Source of the DNA: Candidatus Aminicenantes bacterium
GTDB taxonomy: Bacteria; Acidobacteriota; Aminicenantia; Aminicenantales; Saccharicenantaceae
Direction of reading: 5' to 3'
Assembly (NCBI GenBank): GCA_963719985.1
Contig: CAVRDU010000005.1
Location: 578,817-642,816, forward strand
DNA length: 64,000 nucleotides
Position 1 is the first letter of the stretch; each line of letters begins with the position of its first letter. Under the pieces are notes generated by a model. That model was not told the DNA's origin, searched no databases, and worked only from the letters and a program-made list of their open reading frames with translations. The position numbers and the translations under genes are program-made. Shown here one piece after another: positions 1-10,021 of the stretch.

Positions 1-93
1 TGCCTCATTTTAATACAGGCGCGGGCGCATTTCAATGCGGGCCCTGGGCCGGGATTGACGGGCCGGGAAAGGCCGGGATAAGATGGGCGGGCC

Positions 94-1173
94 ATGACCA
101 CCCGCGAGAGGTTCAACAGGGTCTTCCGCCGGGAGAAGCCGGACCGCGTCCCGGACATGGAGTTCGGCTACTGGGACAAGACGATCGCCGTCTGGCACGA
201 ACAGGGATTGCCGCGGGAGTGCCGGACGAACGAGGACGTCGAGCGCCACCTCGGGCTGGAGGGGATCTCCATCATCCCCGAGGCGCCGATCCACAAGGGG
301 CTCTTCCCGGCGTTCGTGGAGGAGACGATCGAGCGGCGGGGAGACAGGCGCGTCGTCCGGACCAGGGACGGCGCGCTCACGGAGATGCTCGACTACGATT
401 CGTCCATGCCCAAGTTCCTCAAGTTCGCCGTCGAGACGCGGGCCGACTGGGAGAGGCTGAGGGACGAGCGGCTCGATCCGCGGCGCCCGGGGCGGGTCGG
501 CGATGTCGGAGCGGCCGTCGAAGCCGCCCACGCGGCCGGCATGCCCATCCTCTTCCATTGCGGCTCGCTCTACGGCTGGCTCCGGGACTGGATGGGCCTC
601 GAGAACCTGTCCATCGCTTTGATGACCGACCGGGACTGGGTCGAGGAGATGATGGAGCACGTCACCCGGATGGACCTTGAATTCATCGAGCGCCACATCC
701 CGGGCGGCGGCGAGGTCGACGTCGCCTGGTGGTGGGAGGACATGTGCTACAACCACGGCCCGCTCATGTCCCCCCGGCTCTTCGAGGAGCTCATGGTGCC
801 CCGCTACAAGCGGATCACGGACGCCCTTAAGGAGAAGGGGATCCTCGTCAACGTCCTCGACTGCGACGGCCGGATCTACGACCTCGTGCCCGGGTGGCTC
901 CGGGGCGGGATCAACTGCATGTTCCCCATCGAGTCCCTGCACACGGACCCGTGGAAGCTCCGGGAGGACTATAGGGATGAAGTTTTGCTTCTCGGCGGCG
1001 TCGACAAGATGGCCCTGATCGCGGGCCGGGAAGCCATCGACCGGGAGCTCGAGCGGCTCCACCCGCTCGTCGAGCGGGGCGGCTACCTGCCCTGCGTCGA
1101 CCACCGCGTCCCGCCGGACGTCACCTACGAGAACTACCTCTACTATCTGGAGAGAAAGAAGGCCATCCTCTAG
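94..1173 (+). CDS. Uroporphyrinogen decarboxylase (URO-D) family protein, possibly methyltransferase-associated
   Basis: 359 aa ORF with URO-D-like fold signature (MTTRERFNRVFRREKPDRVPDMEFGYWDK...). Ends with a conserved C-terminal block. Confidence 0.55.
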   Translation: MTTRERFNRVFRREKPDRVPDMEFGYWDKTIAVWHEQGLPRECRTNEDVERHLGLEGISIIPEAPIHKGLFPAFVEETIERRGDRRVVRTRDGALTEMLDYDSSMPKFLKFAVETRADWERLRDERLDPRRPGRVGDVGAAVEAAHAAGMPILFHCGSLYGWLRDWMGLENLSIALMTDRDWVEEMMEHVTRMDLEFIERHIPGGGEVDVAWWWEDMCYNHGPLMSPRLFEELMVPRYKRITDALKEKGILVNVLDCDGRIYDLVPGWLRGGINCMFPIESLHTDPWKLREDYRDEVLLLGGVDKMALIAGREAIDRELERLHPLVERGGYLPCVDHRVPPDVTYENYLYYLERKKAIL

Positions 1174-1181
1174 GACCGCGC

Positions 1182-2864
1182 TCAGGCCTTGGCGACCCGT
1201 TCCAGCCGCTTCATGATGGAGAACATGAAGGCGGCAGAGAGCAGGCAGGTGCCGACCAGGATGGCCCACACCGCCCAGAGGGGGACCCTCATCCAGAACC
1301 AGGCGATGACCCCGACGAGGTAGTTGCCGGCGGCCGTCGCCGCGAACCAGCCGCCTTGCATCGTGCCCTTGTACTTGGGCGGGGCGACGCGGGAGACGAA
1401 CGAGATGCCGATCGGGCTGAGGAAGAGCTCGGCGACCGTCAGCATGAAATAGGTCGAGATGAGCCAGTAGACGGAGACCTGGGACTCGGCCGGGGCGACC
1501 AGGCCGCCCAGGGCCTTCGGGCTGAGCAGGGCGATCGAGCCCAAGATCAGGATGGAGTAGGCCGCGGCCGTGATGAGCATGCCGATGCCGATCTTGCGCG
1601 GCGCCGAAGGCTCCTTGCCCTTGCGGTTCATCCAGCCGAAGAGGCCGATGACGATCGGCGTCAGGACGACGATGAAGAAGGGGTTGAAGTGCTGGAACAT
1701 CTGGGGTTGGAAGGGGTTCGTCGCCGCGTAGCCGCTGTAGCGGAGGTAGGCCAGGACGCCGAAGCCGGCGAACGAGGCCCCTCCCAGAAGCCTGGCCAAT
1801 CCTCCGGAGGCCTTCCTGACGAGGAAGAACAGGCCGAGGACGGACAGGAAGACGGGCAGGAGGCCGGTCATGTCGAACAGGAGATTGGCCGCCTTGCCGA
1901 CGCTGGGGACGGTGTAGTCCCGGGCGAAATAGGTCAAAGTGACGGCGCTCTGGTGGAAGGCCATCCAGAAGAAGATGACGACGCCGAAGACGAGGCCGAG
2001 GGCGACGAGCCGCTCGCGCGTCTGCTCCCGGGTGAGCTCGACGACCTGATCCTTGTGGGCCTCAGACTTGGCTTTCTGACGCTCGGTCAGGTCGGCCGTC
2101 TTGTAGTGCTTGCGGAAGGCCAGGAAGATGGCCATGGAGAGGATCAGGCTGACGCAGGCGACGCCGAAGCCGAAATGGTAGGACTTGCTCAGGGTATTGA
2201 CGTAGGTTTCCGAGAAGCCGCGCAAGGTGTCCAAGGTCACCGAGGCGTCCTGTCCCTGGGCGATGGCGAGATAAGACGAGGCGTCGGCCAGCTTGTCCTT
2301 GAGGAATTCGTTGGCCAGGGCCGGGATCCGGGCGTCGTACGCGAGATGGGCCTTGCCCAGGACCCAGTTGGACACGGCTTCCGAGGCCGACGGGGCGAAC
2401 ATGGCCCCGACGTTGATGCCCATGTAGAAGACATTGAAGGCCCGGTCGCGCATGGACGAGTATTTCGGATCGTCGTAGAGGTTCCCGACGAGCGCCTGCA
2501 GGTTGCCTTTGAACAGGCCGGTCCCCAGCGAGATGACGACCAGAGAGGCGATGATGAGGGGGAATCCCGTGTCCATGGCCGTCGGCAGGGTCAGCATGAC
2601 GTAGCCGACGAACATGACCACGATGCCCAGGGTGATCGTCCGCCCGTAGCCGAGGAAGCGGTCGGCCAAGAATCCGCCGAGCAGGGGGAAGATGTAGACC
2701 CCGACCATGAAGGTCGAATACATGAAGCCCGCCGACGCCGCGGACATGCCGTACTTCGCCTGCATGAACAGGACGAAGATCGAGATCATCGTGTAGAAGC
2801 CGAATCGTTCGCCCATGTTGGCGAAGAAGGCGACGAACAGGCCCTTGGGATGTCCTTTGAACAT
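1182..2864 (-). CDS. POT/PTR2 family proton-dependent di/tripeptide MFS transporter
   Basis: 560 aa polytopic membrane protein. The N-terminal motif GERFGFYTMISIFVLFM...GGFLADRFLG is typical of DtpA/DtpT-like POT transporters. Confidence 0.8.
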   Translation of the reverse strand: MFKGHPKGLFVAFFANMGERFGFYTMISIFVLFMQAKYGMSAASAGFMYSTFMVGVYIFPLLGGFLADRFLGYGRTITLGIVVMFVGYVMLTLPTAMDTGFPLIIASLVVISLGTGLFKGNLQALVGNLYDDPKYSSMRDRAFNVFYMGINVGAMFAPSASEAVSNWVLGKAHLAYDARIPALANEFLKDKLADASSYLAIAQGQDASVTLDTLRGFSETYVNTLSKSYHFGFGVACVSLILSMAIFLAFRKHYKTADLTERQKAKSEAHKDQVVELTREQTRERLVALGLVFGVVIFFWMAFHQSAVTLTYFARDYTVPSVGKAANLLFDMTGLLPVFLSVLGLFFLVRKASGGLARLLGGASFAGFGVLAYLRYSGYAATNPFQPQMFQHFNPFFIVVLTPIVIGLFGWMNRKGKEPSAPRKIGIGMLITAAAYSILILGSIALLSPKALGGLVAPAESQVSVYWLISTYFMLTVAELFLSPIGISFVSRVAPPKYKGTMQGGWFAATAAGNYLVGVIAWFWMRVPLWAVWAILVGTCLLSAAFMFSIMKRLERVAKA

Positions 2865-2933
2865 GGCTCAGCCTCCTCGGAAGGGATTTGATGGACGCCG
2901 GAAAGCCGTCAAAGCGGGGGGATTATATCATAC

Positions 2934-4466
2934 CTAGCGCTTGCCGCCGAGGATGGAACCGAGGACACCGCGCAGAATGGAACGCCCGAGCTGGCTGCCG
3001 ACCGAGCGGGCGGCGCTCTTGGCCATAGCCTCCATCAGGGTGTCCTTGGACCGCCCGGGGGCACGCCGCGGGGCCGGCGGGTAGCCGGCCTGGCCCCGCC
3101 GGGGAGCCGGCGGGGAGGGGTAACCGTAGGGCGCCTGCGCGGCCCTGGCCTGGGCCTCCGCCTGGGCCTGGGCTTCGGCCGCCGCCCTCTCGGCCCGCGC
3201 CTTGAGCATCTCGTAGGCCGAATCCCGGTCGACGGCCTTCTCGTAGTGCCCGTAGACGACCGAGCCCTGGATCGCGGCCTGCCGCTCCGGCGGCGTGATC
3301 GGCCCGATGCGGCTCCACGGCGGCAGCACGAGGGCCCGCTCGACGACCCCCGGCTGCCCCTTCTCGTCGAGGAAGGAGACGAGAGCCTCGCCGGTCCCGA
3401 GCTGGGTGATCACGGTCTCGACGTCGATCTTGGGGTTCTGGCGGAACGTCTCGGCCGCGGCCCGGACGGCCTTCTGGTCCCTGGGCGTGAAGGCCCGCAG
3501 GGCGTGCTGGACGCGGTTGCCGAGCTGCCCCAGGACGACGTCTGGGACGTCGAGGGGGTTCTGGGTGACGAAGTAGATCCCGACGCCCTTCGACCGGATG
3601 AGCCGGACGACCTGCTCGATCTTCTCGAGAAGGACCTGGGGGGCGTCCGTGAACAGGAGGTGGGCCTCGTCGAAGAAGAAGACGAGGCGCGGCTTGTCCC
3701 GGTCGCCGACCTCGGGCAGGCGCTCGAAGAGCTCGGCCATGAGCCAGAGGAGGAAGGTCGAGTAGGCCCGGGGCGACATCATCAGCTTGTCGGCGGCCAG
3801 GATGTTGATGATCCCCCGGCCGGCGCCGTCGGTCTGCATGAGATCGTCGAGGCCGAGGGCGGGCTCGCCGAAAAACCGGTCGGCCCCCTGGTCCTCGAGG
3901 GCGAGGAGGTTCCGCTGGATCGTCCCGATGCTGGCTGGCGAGATCCGGCCGTAGTCGGTCTCGAACTCGTCGGCGTGCTCCCCGGCGTACTGGGCCAGGG
4001 CCCGGAGGTCCTTGAAATCGAGGAGGTGGAGCCCGGTGTCGTCGGCGACGCGGAAGACGATGGTCAGCACCCCGCTCTGGACGTCGTTGAGATTGAGCAG
4101 GCGCGAGAGAAGGAGCGGCCCCATGTCCGACACGGTCGTCCGCACGGGATGGCCCTGCTCGCCGAAGATGTCCCAGAACGCGACCGGGCTCCCCTCGAAG
4201 GGGTGGTCGCCGAGCTTGAGTGTCCCGATCCGCTCCTGGATCTTCGGGCTGGCCATGCCGGCCTGGCTGACGCCGGCGAGGTCGCCCTTGACGTCGGCCA
4301 TGAAGACCGGGACGCCGAGCCGGCTGAAGCGCTCGGCCATGACCTGGAGCGAGACGGTCTTGCCCGTGCCCGTCGCGCCGGCCACGAGGCCGTGGCGGTT
4401 GGCCATCTTCGGGAGGAGCAACAGGTCCTTTTCCCCCCGGGCGATCAGCATCCCTTCGAGTGCCAT
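2934..4466 (-). CDS. HerA-like helicase/DUF853 (YjgR-like) P-loop ATPase with low-complexity Ala/Gln/Pro C-terminal tail
   Basis: Walker A GATGTGKT and Walker [11 protein letters not shown], with YjgR-like overall similarity. The track ORF 2934..5300 is over-extended; I take the start at the internal ATG (MALEGM) preceded by GGAGG. The C-terminal ~80 aa are [22 protein letters not shown] low-complexity. Confidence 0.75.
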   Translation of the reverse strand: MALEGMLIARGEKDLLLLPKMANRHGLVAGATGTGKTVSLQVMAERFSRLGVPVFMADVKGDLAGVSQAGMASPKIQERIGTLKLGDHPFEGSPVAFWDIFGEQGHPVRTTVSDMGPLLLSRLLNLNDVQSGVLTIVFRVADDTGLHLLDFKDLRALAQYAGEHADEFETDYGRISPASIGTIQRNLLALEDQGADRFFGEPALGLDDLMQTDGAGRGIINILAADKLMMSPRAYSTFLLWLMAELFERLPEVGDRDKPRLVFFFDEAHLLFTDAPQVLLEKIEQVVRLIRSKGVGIYFVTQNPLDVPDVVLGQLGNRVQHALRAFTPRDQKAVRAAAETFRQNPKIDVETVITQLGTGEALVSFLDEKGQPGVVERALVLPPWSRIGPITPPERQAAIQGSVVYGHYEKAVDRDSAYEMLKARAERAAAEAQAQAEAQARAAQAPYGYPSPPAPRRGQAGYPPAPRRAPGRSKDTLMEAMAKSAARSVGSQLGRSILRGVLGSILGGKR

Positions 4467-4501
4467 GGTCCCCTCCTTATCGTCCGTCGGCCCGGGCCGT
4501 C

Positions 4502-5260
4502 TTACCAGCTCAGGCTCTCGCGAAAGAGCCCGGAAACGGAATGCTCCAGGGCCGCCCGGAACTTTTCGACGGTCGTCTTTTCCTCGCCCGTCCAGTGGTC
4601 CCGGATCCACAGCGGCGGGCCGACGTTGACCTTGATGGTCGCCGGAACGCCCCACATGATGTGCGTGCCGAAGATGGACATGGGTGTCACGGGCACGTCG
4701 GCCCCGCTCTCCTCGCGGAGGTTGTAGGCCATGATCGAGACGCCCCGGCGGAACCCCGCGACGTAGGGGTTCGCGTCCCTGGGCTGGACGCGGCCTCGGC
4801 CCTGCAGGGCGATGACGGCCCGGCCCTTCCGTAAATAGTCCTGGCACCTGAGGATGGACTCGCGCTTGCTGCCGTAGATGTCGACGGGGATCGTCCCGAT
4901 GCGCGCGATGTGCCCGGCGACGAAGTGGACCATGTAAGAGTAGAACGGGTTGAGGATGAGGTGGACGAAACCGCCGAAATTCCCCATATGGCGCCGCAGG
5001 TGGCGCATGACGAGCTCGCTCGCCTCCGCCCGGTTGAAGAACATCTTGTTCCCCGTGAAGTAGATCATCCGGGGCACGGTCCGGAGCAGGATGGAGACGT
5101 CCTTGTAGGCCCCGATGTGGTTTCCGATGATGACGTTCGGGCCCTCGCGGACGAAGTTCTCGGCGCCGCGCAGGTCGATCTTTTTGGGCAGGAGGAAGAG
5201 CTTCGTCACGACGGTGACGAACTTCTCGATGCGGCGGAATTCCTCTTCGAACGTGGCCAT
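4502..5260 (-). CDS. 1-acyl-sn-glycerol-3-phosphate (lysophospholipid) acyltransferase, PlsC family
   Basis: 252 aa with the HX4D acyltransferase motif (GNHIGAYKD) and a PlsC-like downstream PVDIYG block. Confidence 0.7.
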   Translation of the reverse strand: MATFEEEFRRIEKFVTVVTKLFLLPKKIDLRGAENFVREGPNVIIGNHIGAYKDVSILLRTVPRMIYFTGNKMFFNRAEASELVMRHLRRHMGNFGGFVHLILNPFYSYMVHFVAGHIARIGTIPVDIYGSKRESILRCQDYLRKGRAVIALQGRGRVQPRDANPYVAGFRRGVSIMAYNLREESGADVPVTPMSIFGTHIMWGVPATIKVNVGPPLWIRDHWTGEEKTTVEKFRAALEHSVSGLFRESLSW

Positions 5261-5384
5261 GGGCGAGGCGTATTCTACCCAATCCGCCCCGGAATTTCAA
5301 AGAAGGCCCCGGAGACCCCCCCCCGCTTGCGAACGCCCGGCAGGCATGCTACTTTAGCCCGGTCACCCGTTCGAGGAGGCGCCC

Positions 5385-6554
5385 ATGGTCACCCTGATCC
5401 GCGACGGAGAGGTCTTCGCCCCCGAGCCGCTCGGCCGGAAGGACGTCCTCATGGCCGCCGGCGCCATCGCCGCGGTGGCCGACCCGGGTTGCGTCCGCCT
5501 CGAAGGCATCGACGTCGAGGTCGTCGAAGCCGCCGGTAAGCGAGTCCTGCCCGGGCTCATCGACCCCCACGTCCACATCCTCGGCGGGGGCGGCGAGGGC
5601 GGGCCGGCGACGCGCGCCCCCGAGATCCGCGTCGAGGACATCGTCGCGAGCGGCGTCACGACGGTCATCGGCTGCCTGGGGACCGACGGCGTCACCCGCC
5701 ACATGACCTCCCTCCTGGCCAAGGCCCGGGCCCTAGAGATCGAGGGCGTCTCGGCCTTCATCTTCTCCGGCTCCTACGAGATCCCGGTCCGGACCCTGAC
5801 CGGAAGCGTCCGTTCCGACCTCATCCTCATCGACAAGGTCGTCGGCGCGGGCGAGATCGCTGTGAGCGACCACCGCTCCTCCCAGCCGACCTTCGACGAG
5901 ATCGCCCGCCTGGCGGCGGAGTGCCGGGTCGGCGGGATGCTCGGCGGCAAGGCCGGCGTCCTCCACCTCCATCTCGGCGACGGGAAGCGCCGGCTCGATT
6001 TCCTCTTCCGCCTAGTCCGCGAGACGGAGATCCCCGTGACCCAGGTCGTTCCGACCCACATCAACCGCAATCCCCAGCTCTTCGAGCAGGGACTCGAGTG
6101 GGTGGCCGCGGGCGGATCCGTCGACATGACCGTCGGGCCGGACCCGGCGCCGGACGATCCCGAGGTCCGGCCGGAGGACGTGATCGCCGCGTTCCGGGAC
6201 AAGGGCCTGCCCTTCACCCGCCTGATGGCCAGCTCGGACAGCAACGGCAGCCTGCCCGTCTTCGACGCCGAAGGGCGCCTGGTCCGCCTGGACATCGCCA
6301 GGGAGAAAGACCTCTTCCGCAAGTTCACCGACGTCCTCCGCCGCGGGCTCCTGCCGGTCGAGACGGCCGTCCGCGTCTTCTCGACCAACGCCGCCGACTT
6401 CTACAAGCTCGGGAAGAAGGGCCGCGTCGAGCCCGGTAGGGACGCCGACCTCATCGTCCTCGACGCCGATTTCGCGCTGAGCGAGGTCTTCGCCCGGGGC
6501 CGGCACATGATGGTCGGCGGGCGCGGCGTCGCCCGCGGCACTTTTAGCGCCTGA
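5385..6554 (+). CDS. iadA: Isoaspartyl dipeptidase (beta-aspartyl peptidase), amidohydrolase superfamily
   Basis: 389 aa, collinear with E. coli IadA (LIDPHVHILGGGGEGGPATRAPE, GCLGTDGVTRH, ISDHRSS, PTHINRN). RBS GAGGAGG precedes the ATG. Confidence 0.8.
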   Translation: MVTLIRDGEVFAPEPLGRKDVLMAAGAIAAVADPGCVRLEGIDVEVVEAAGKRVLPGLIDPHVHILGGGGEGGPATRAPEIRVEDIVASGVTTVIGCLGTDGVTRHMTSLLAKARALEIEGVSAFIFSGSYEIPVRTLTGSVRSDLILIDKVVGAGEIAVSDHRSSQPTFDEIARLAAECRVGGMLGGKAGVLHLHLGDGKRRLDFLFRLVRETEIPVTQVVPTHINRNPQLFEQGLEWVAAGGSVDMTVGPDPAPDDPEVRPEDVIAAFRDKGLPFTRLMASSDSNGSLPVFDAEGRLVRLDIAREKDLFRKFTDVLRRGLLPVETAVRVFSTNAADFYKLGKKGRVEPGRDADLIVLDADFALSEVFARGRHMMVGGRGVARGTFSA

Positions 6555-6601
6555 TCGGATTTTGGGGACTGTCCCTCTTGACGAGATAAAGGAGAGAGCC
6601 G

Positions 6602-8063
6602 ATGGCCGAAGAAGCACCCAAGCCGACCCCGTCACCGGCGCCGAGCGCGCCCCAGTCCCCCGCCGCCGGCCGACCGCCCAAGCTCGCCGTCGCCCTGATC
6701 CCGCTCATCTCCATGGCCCTGCTCCTCGGCGTCGGCTACGGCGTTTACAAGATCAAGGCCCAGGTCCTCCTCGTCGCCGCCGCGACGATCACCGGCTTCA
6801 TGGGCCTCGTCCTCGGCTTCAAATGGAAGGACATGGAGCGGGGCATCGTCGACAGCATCCACAAGGCCATGCCGGCCATCCTGATCATGCTCTCCGTCGG
6901 CATCCTCGTCGGCGCGTGGATGGCCAGCGGGACGATCCCCATGGTCATCTACTACGGCCTGAAGCTCATCTCGCCCAAGTTCTTCCTGGTCACGGCCTGC
7001 CTCGTCTCGTCCGTCGTCGCTGTCGCCTCGGGCACGTCCTGGGGCACGATCGGCACGGTCGGCGTGGCCTTCATCGGCATCGCCATGGGCCTCGGTATCC
7101 CGCTCGGCCCGGCCGCCGGGGCCGTCGTCGCCGGGGCCTACTTCGGCGACAAGCTGTCGCCGCTCTCCGACATCCCCAACCTGGCCACGGTCATCTCCGG
7201 CTCGAACCTGTTCGACCACATCAAGCACATGATGTGGTCGGCAGTACCGGCCTGGCTGGCCGGCCTGGCCATCTATTTCTTCGCCGGCCTGAAATACGGC
7301 GCGACCGCGGTCCAGTCGGAGACGCTCGACCTCATCCTCACGACCCTCAAGGCCAGCTTCCGCTTCAACCTCCTGCTCCTCCTGCCCATGGCCGTCATCT
7401 TCTATTTCGCCGTGGCCAAGAAGCCGACCATCCCGGCCATGGTCCTGTCCTCCCTCGTCGCGGCCGTCTCTGGCCGTCGTCGTCCAGAAGATCCCGCTGA
7501 CGACCGTGGCCACGGCCATGAACTCGGGTCTGCCGGCCCGGACCGGGGTCGAGCTCGTCGACCGGCTCCTGGCCAAGGGCGGCATGATGAGCATGATGGA
7601 GACCCAGCTCATCGCTTTCACCGCCTTCTCCTTCGGCGGCATCATGCAGAGGACGGGCTGCCTGGCCGTCATCCTGGAACGGGTGATGAAGTTCACCCGG
7701 CACGTCTGGAGCCTCGTCCTGACGACGATCGGCGCGGCCGTCCTCTCGGCCATGATCACCGGCAGCTCCTACCTGTCCATGATCCTGCCGGCCGACCTCC
7801 TGGCGCCGATCTACAAGAGGAAGGACCTGGCCGCCAAGAACCTGTCGCGCATCATCGAGGAGAGCGGGGCCATCATCGTCCCGCTCATCCCCTGGAGCAT
7901 GGCCGGCGTCTACATCACCGGCACCCTGGGCGTCTCGACCTTCTCCTACCTGCCCTGGGCCTTCATGAACTATCTCTCGGTCGCCATGCTGGCCCTCTTC
8001 GGCTTCACGAAGTGGACGATGGCCAAGCGGGTGCGGGAGGACGAAACGCAAGCCGGGAGCTAA
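6602..8063 (+). pseudogene. nhaC: NhaC family Na+/H+ antiporter interrupted by a single-base frameshift (~7470)
   Basis: The N-terminal half (frame of 6602) and C-terminal half (frame of 7506, MATAMNSGLP...) are both clean NhaC homologs. Removing one base near gccgtcTctggcc restores ...VAAVLAVVVQKIPLTTVATAMNSG. Probable indel error. Confidence 0.7.
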
Positions 8064-8347
8064 GTCTCCTCTTCCTCGCCCTTTTCGGCCTTTTCGAGCG
8101 CTTGCTTGAACAGCTCGTCGGCTTTGTTGTGCTTCTCTTTCTGCAATTCGAACGTGGCGTCGAACTTGCGGTCGAACTCGCTCTGCCGTTGGTGCTCTTT
8201 GACCAGGAGGTCGTCGAGCGAGCCCTTGGCTTTCTTGCCCTTCTCGGAACGCAGCACCGACCGCGTCCCGCCGTCGATCCACAGGGTCGCCCCGCAGCAG
8301 GGACAGGCGACGGAGAAGACGTTCCCTTCGTCCTTCGTCTCTGACAT
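8060..8347 (-). CDS. Hypothetical zinc-ribbon protein with charged helical C-terminus
   Basis: MSETKDEGNVFSVACPCCGATLWIDGG... has a CPCC motif followed by a Lys/Glu-rich tail. Sits immediately downstream of the sigma-54 activator on the same strand. Confidence 0.45.
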   Translation of the reverse strand: MSETKDEGNVFSVACPCCGATLWIDGGTRSVLRSEKGKKAKGSLDDLLVKEHQRQSEFDRKFDATFELQKEKHNKADELFKQALEKAEKGEEEET

Positions 8348-8422
8348 GGCCCGAATGTAGCACAAGGCGCCCGTGGTGTCACCTATGTATCTGAACCGGC
8401 CCGGGGGAACGCACTTATTCTC

Positions 8423-9874
8423 TCAAGGCGATCCGGAGACGTTCGATTTGGCGTCTATTCCGTGCTTTTTCAATAGCTTGAATAGGCCCTGACGGGTCAG
8501 GCCGACCTCGGCCGCGGTCCGGGTCCGGTGGTAGCGGCAGCGGACCAGGGCCTCGCGGAGGAAACGCCTCTCGAAATCGGCCTTGGCCTCGGCGAAGCAG
8601 TGCGTCGTCCGCGAATAGGTCTCCCCGGCCGGGTTGATCTTGGGCGAAAGGTACTCCTCGAGAATGAGCGGCCCGCCGTCGGCCATGATCAGGCACCGCT
8701 GGACCTCGTTCTGGAGCTCCCGGACGTTGCCCGGCCAAGGGTAGCGGAGGAGCATCTCCAGCGCGACCGGCGAGACGAAGGGCCGCGGCCGGCCCATCGA
8801 CCGCGAGTACTCGTCCAGAAAACGGTTGAGGAGAAGGAGCGCGTCGTCCGGGCGCTCGCGCAGGGGCGGCAGGTCGACGGCGATGATCTTGATCCGGTAG
8901 TAGAGGTCCTGGCGGAAGCGCCCCCGCTCGACCTCGTGGTCGAGGTCCTTGTTCGTGGCGCTGACGAAGCGGGTGTCGACGGGCCGGGGCCGCGTCTCCC
9001 CGATCCGGCGGACCCGCTTCTCCTCGAGGACGCGGAGGAGCTTGGACTGGAGGGCGAGCGGCAGGTCGCCGATCTCGTCGAGGAAGAACGTCCCGCCCGA
9101 GGCCTCCTCGACGAGCCCGGACTTGTCCCGGACCGCGCCGGTGAACGCCCCCCGGGCGTGGCCGAAGAGCTCGCTCTCGAGGAGGGTCTCGGGGATGGCG
9201 GCGCAGTTGACGGCGACGAACGGCCCCGTCCGCCGCCGGCCCGTGTCGTGGAGGATGCGGGCGGCCAGCTCCTTGCCCGTGCCGCTCTCCCCGGAGATGA
9301 AGACCGGGGCGTCCGTGTCGCGGACCCTTTCGAGCATGGTCCGGACGCGGCGGACCGAGGGGGCCTCGCCCATGAACGCGCAGTCCGGGGCGACGGCGGA
9401 CGGCGGCGCGGGCGGCAGGGAGGCCGCCTCCCCGGAAGCCCTGGCGCCGTTCCGGCGGAGAAGGAAGAGGAGCGGGGCCAGCGTCAGGGTCAGGAACTCG
9501 AGATCGCCCCTGTCGAACGGCCGTCCTCCGCCGTCGCGGGCCAGATAGACGAGCCCGGCCGGACGCCCCCGCATCGTCCAGGGGTAGGAGAGTACGCGCC
9601 GGGGGTGCCCGTTCGCGCCGAGCTCGAGGTCGGCGAAGAGCGGCTCCCTGTCGAGGTCCGCCACGAGGACGGGGCGGCCGATCTCGAGGGCGCGCCCCGC
9701 GATCGCCTCGTCGACGCCGTCCGAGGCCCCGGCCGCCCCCCGGGCGTTCCCGATGCCCCTCGAGGCCTCGAAGGCCCGGTCGCCCTTGCCGTCGAGCACC
9801 CGGAACAGGGCCCGGTCCGAGGCCATCTCGTCGAAGACGATCTCCGCGATCCGGGCCAGGAAGCGTTCCGTCAT
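8423..9874 (-). CDS. Sigma-54-dependent transcriptional activator (bEBP) with N-terminal GAF domain and C-terminal Fis-type HTH
   Basis: AAA+ sigma54-interaction domain (GESGTGKE, GAFTGA, RVLEEK..., PGNVRELQN) and C-terminal HTH. The track ORF 8423..11101 is over-extended; the start MTERFLARIAE is in frame at 9874. Confidence 0.85.
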   Translation of the reverse strand: MTERFLARIAEIVFDEMASDRALFRVLDGKGDRAFEASRGIGNARGAAGASDGVDEAIAGRALEIGRPVLVADLDREPLFADLELGANGHPRRVLSYPWTMRGRPAGLVYLARDGGGRPFDRGDLEFLTLTLAPLLFLLRRNGARASGEAASLPPAPPSAVAPDCAFMGEAPSVRRVRTMLERVRDTDAPVFISGESGTGKELAARILHDTGRRRTGPFVAVNCAAIPETLLESELFGHARGAFTGAVRDKSGLVEEASGGTFFLDEIGDLPLALQSKLLRVLEEKRVRRIGETRPRPVDTRFVSATNKDLDHEVERGRFRQDLYYRIKIIAVDLPPLRERPDDALLLLNRFLDEYSRSMGRPRPFVSPVALEMLLRYPWPGNVRELQNEVQRCLIMADGGPLILEEYLSPKINPAGETYSRTTHCFAEAKADFERRFLREALVRCRYHRTRTAAEVGLTRQGLFKLLKKHGIDAKSNVSGSP

Positions 9875-10021
9875 GGTCGTTGGCGGGCCGGGATCCCCGG
9901 CCTCATCATAACAACGCTCGGCCGGCTGCGGTTTTCTCATTCTTGCGGAGCCGGGCGTCGATACCCTAGAATAGGCCGACGGCCGGACAGTCCCGCCGTA
10001 CCACCCGTCGAGGAGGAGTCC

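Noticed and set aside
10-1269. 419-aa minus-strand ORF overlapping the URO-D-family gene
   Set aside because: It is antisense to a well-conserved gene. Its composition (Gly/Arg/Pro/Asp-rich, no recognisable motifs) is typical of spurious ORFs in 70% GC DNA.
1356-2891. 511-aa plus-strand ORF
   Set aside because: It is antisense to the POT transporter gene and is a low-complexity Arg/Asp/Gly-rich translation.
3246-4727. 493-aa plus-strand ORF
   Set aside because: It is antisense to the HerA-like ATPase gene and has no motifs.
2934-5300. 788-aa minus-strand ORF taken as one gene
   Set aside because: The N-terminal 278 aa are the out-of-frame read-through across the divergent promoter region and plsC end. 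The real start is the internal ATG at 4466, preceded by an RBS.
9875-10021. Possible sigma-54 (-24/-12) promoter between the activator and the secreted-protein gene
   Set aside because: I found no GG-N10-GC arrangement with TTGC. The closest candidate has 12-nt spacing.
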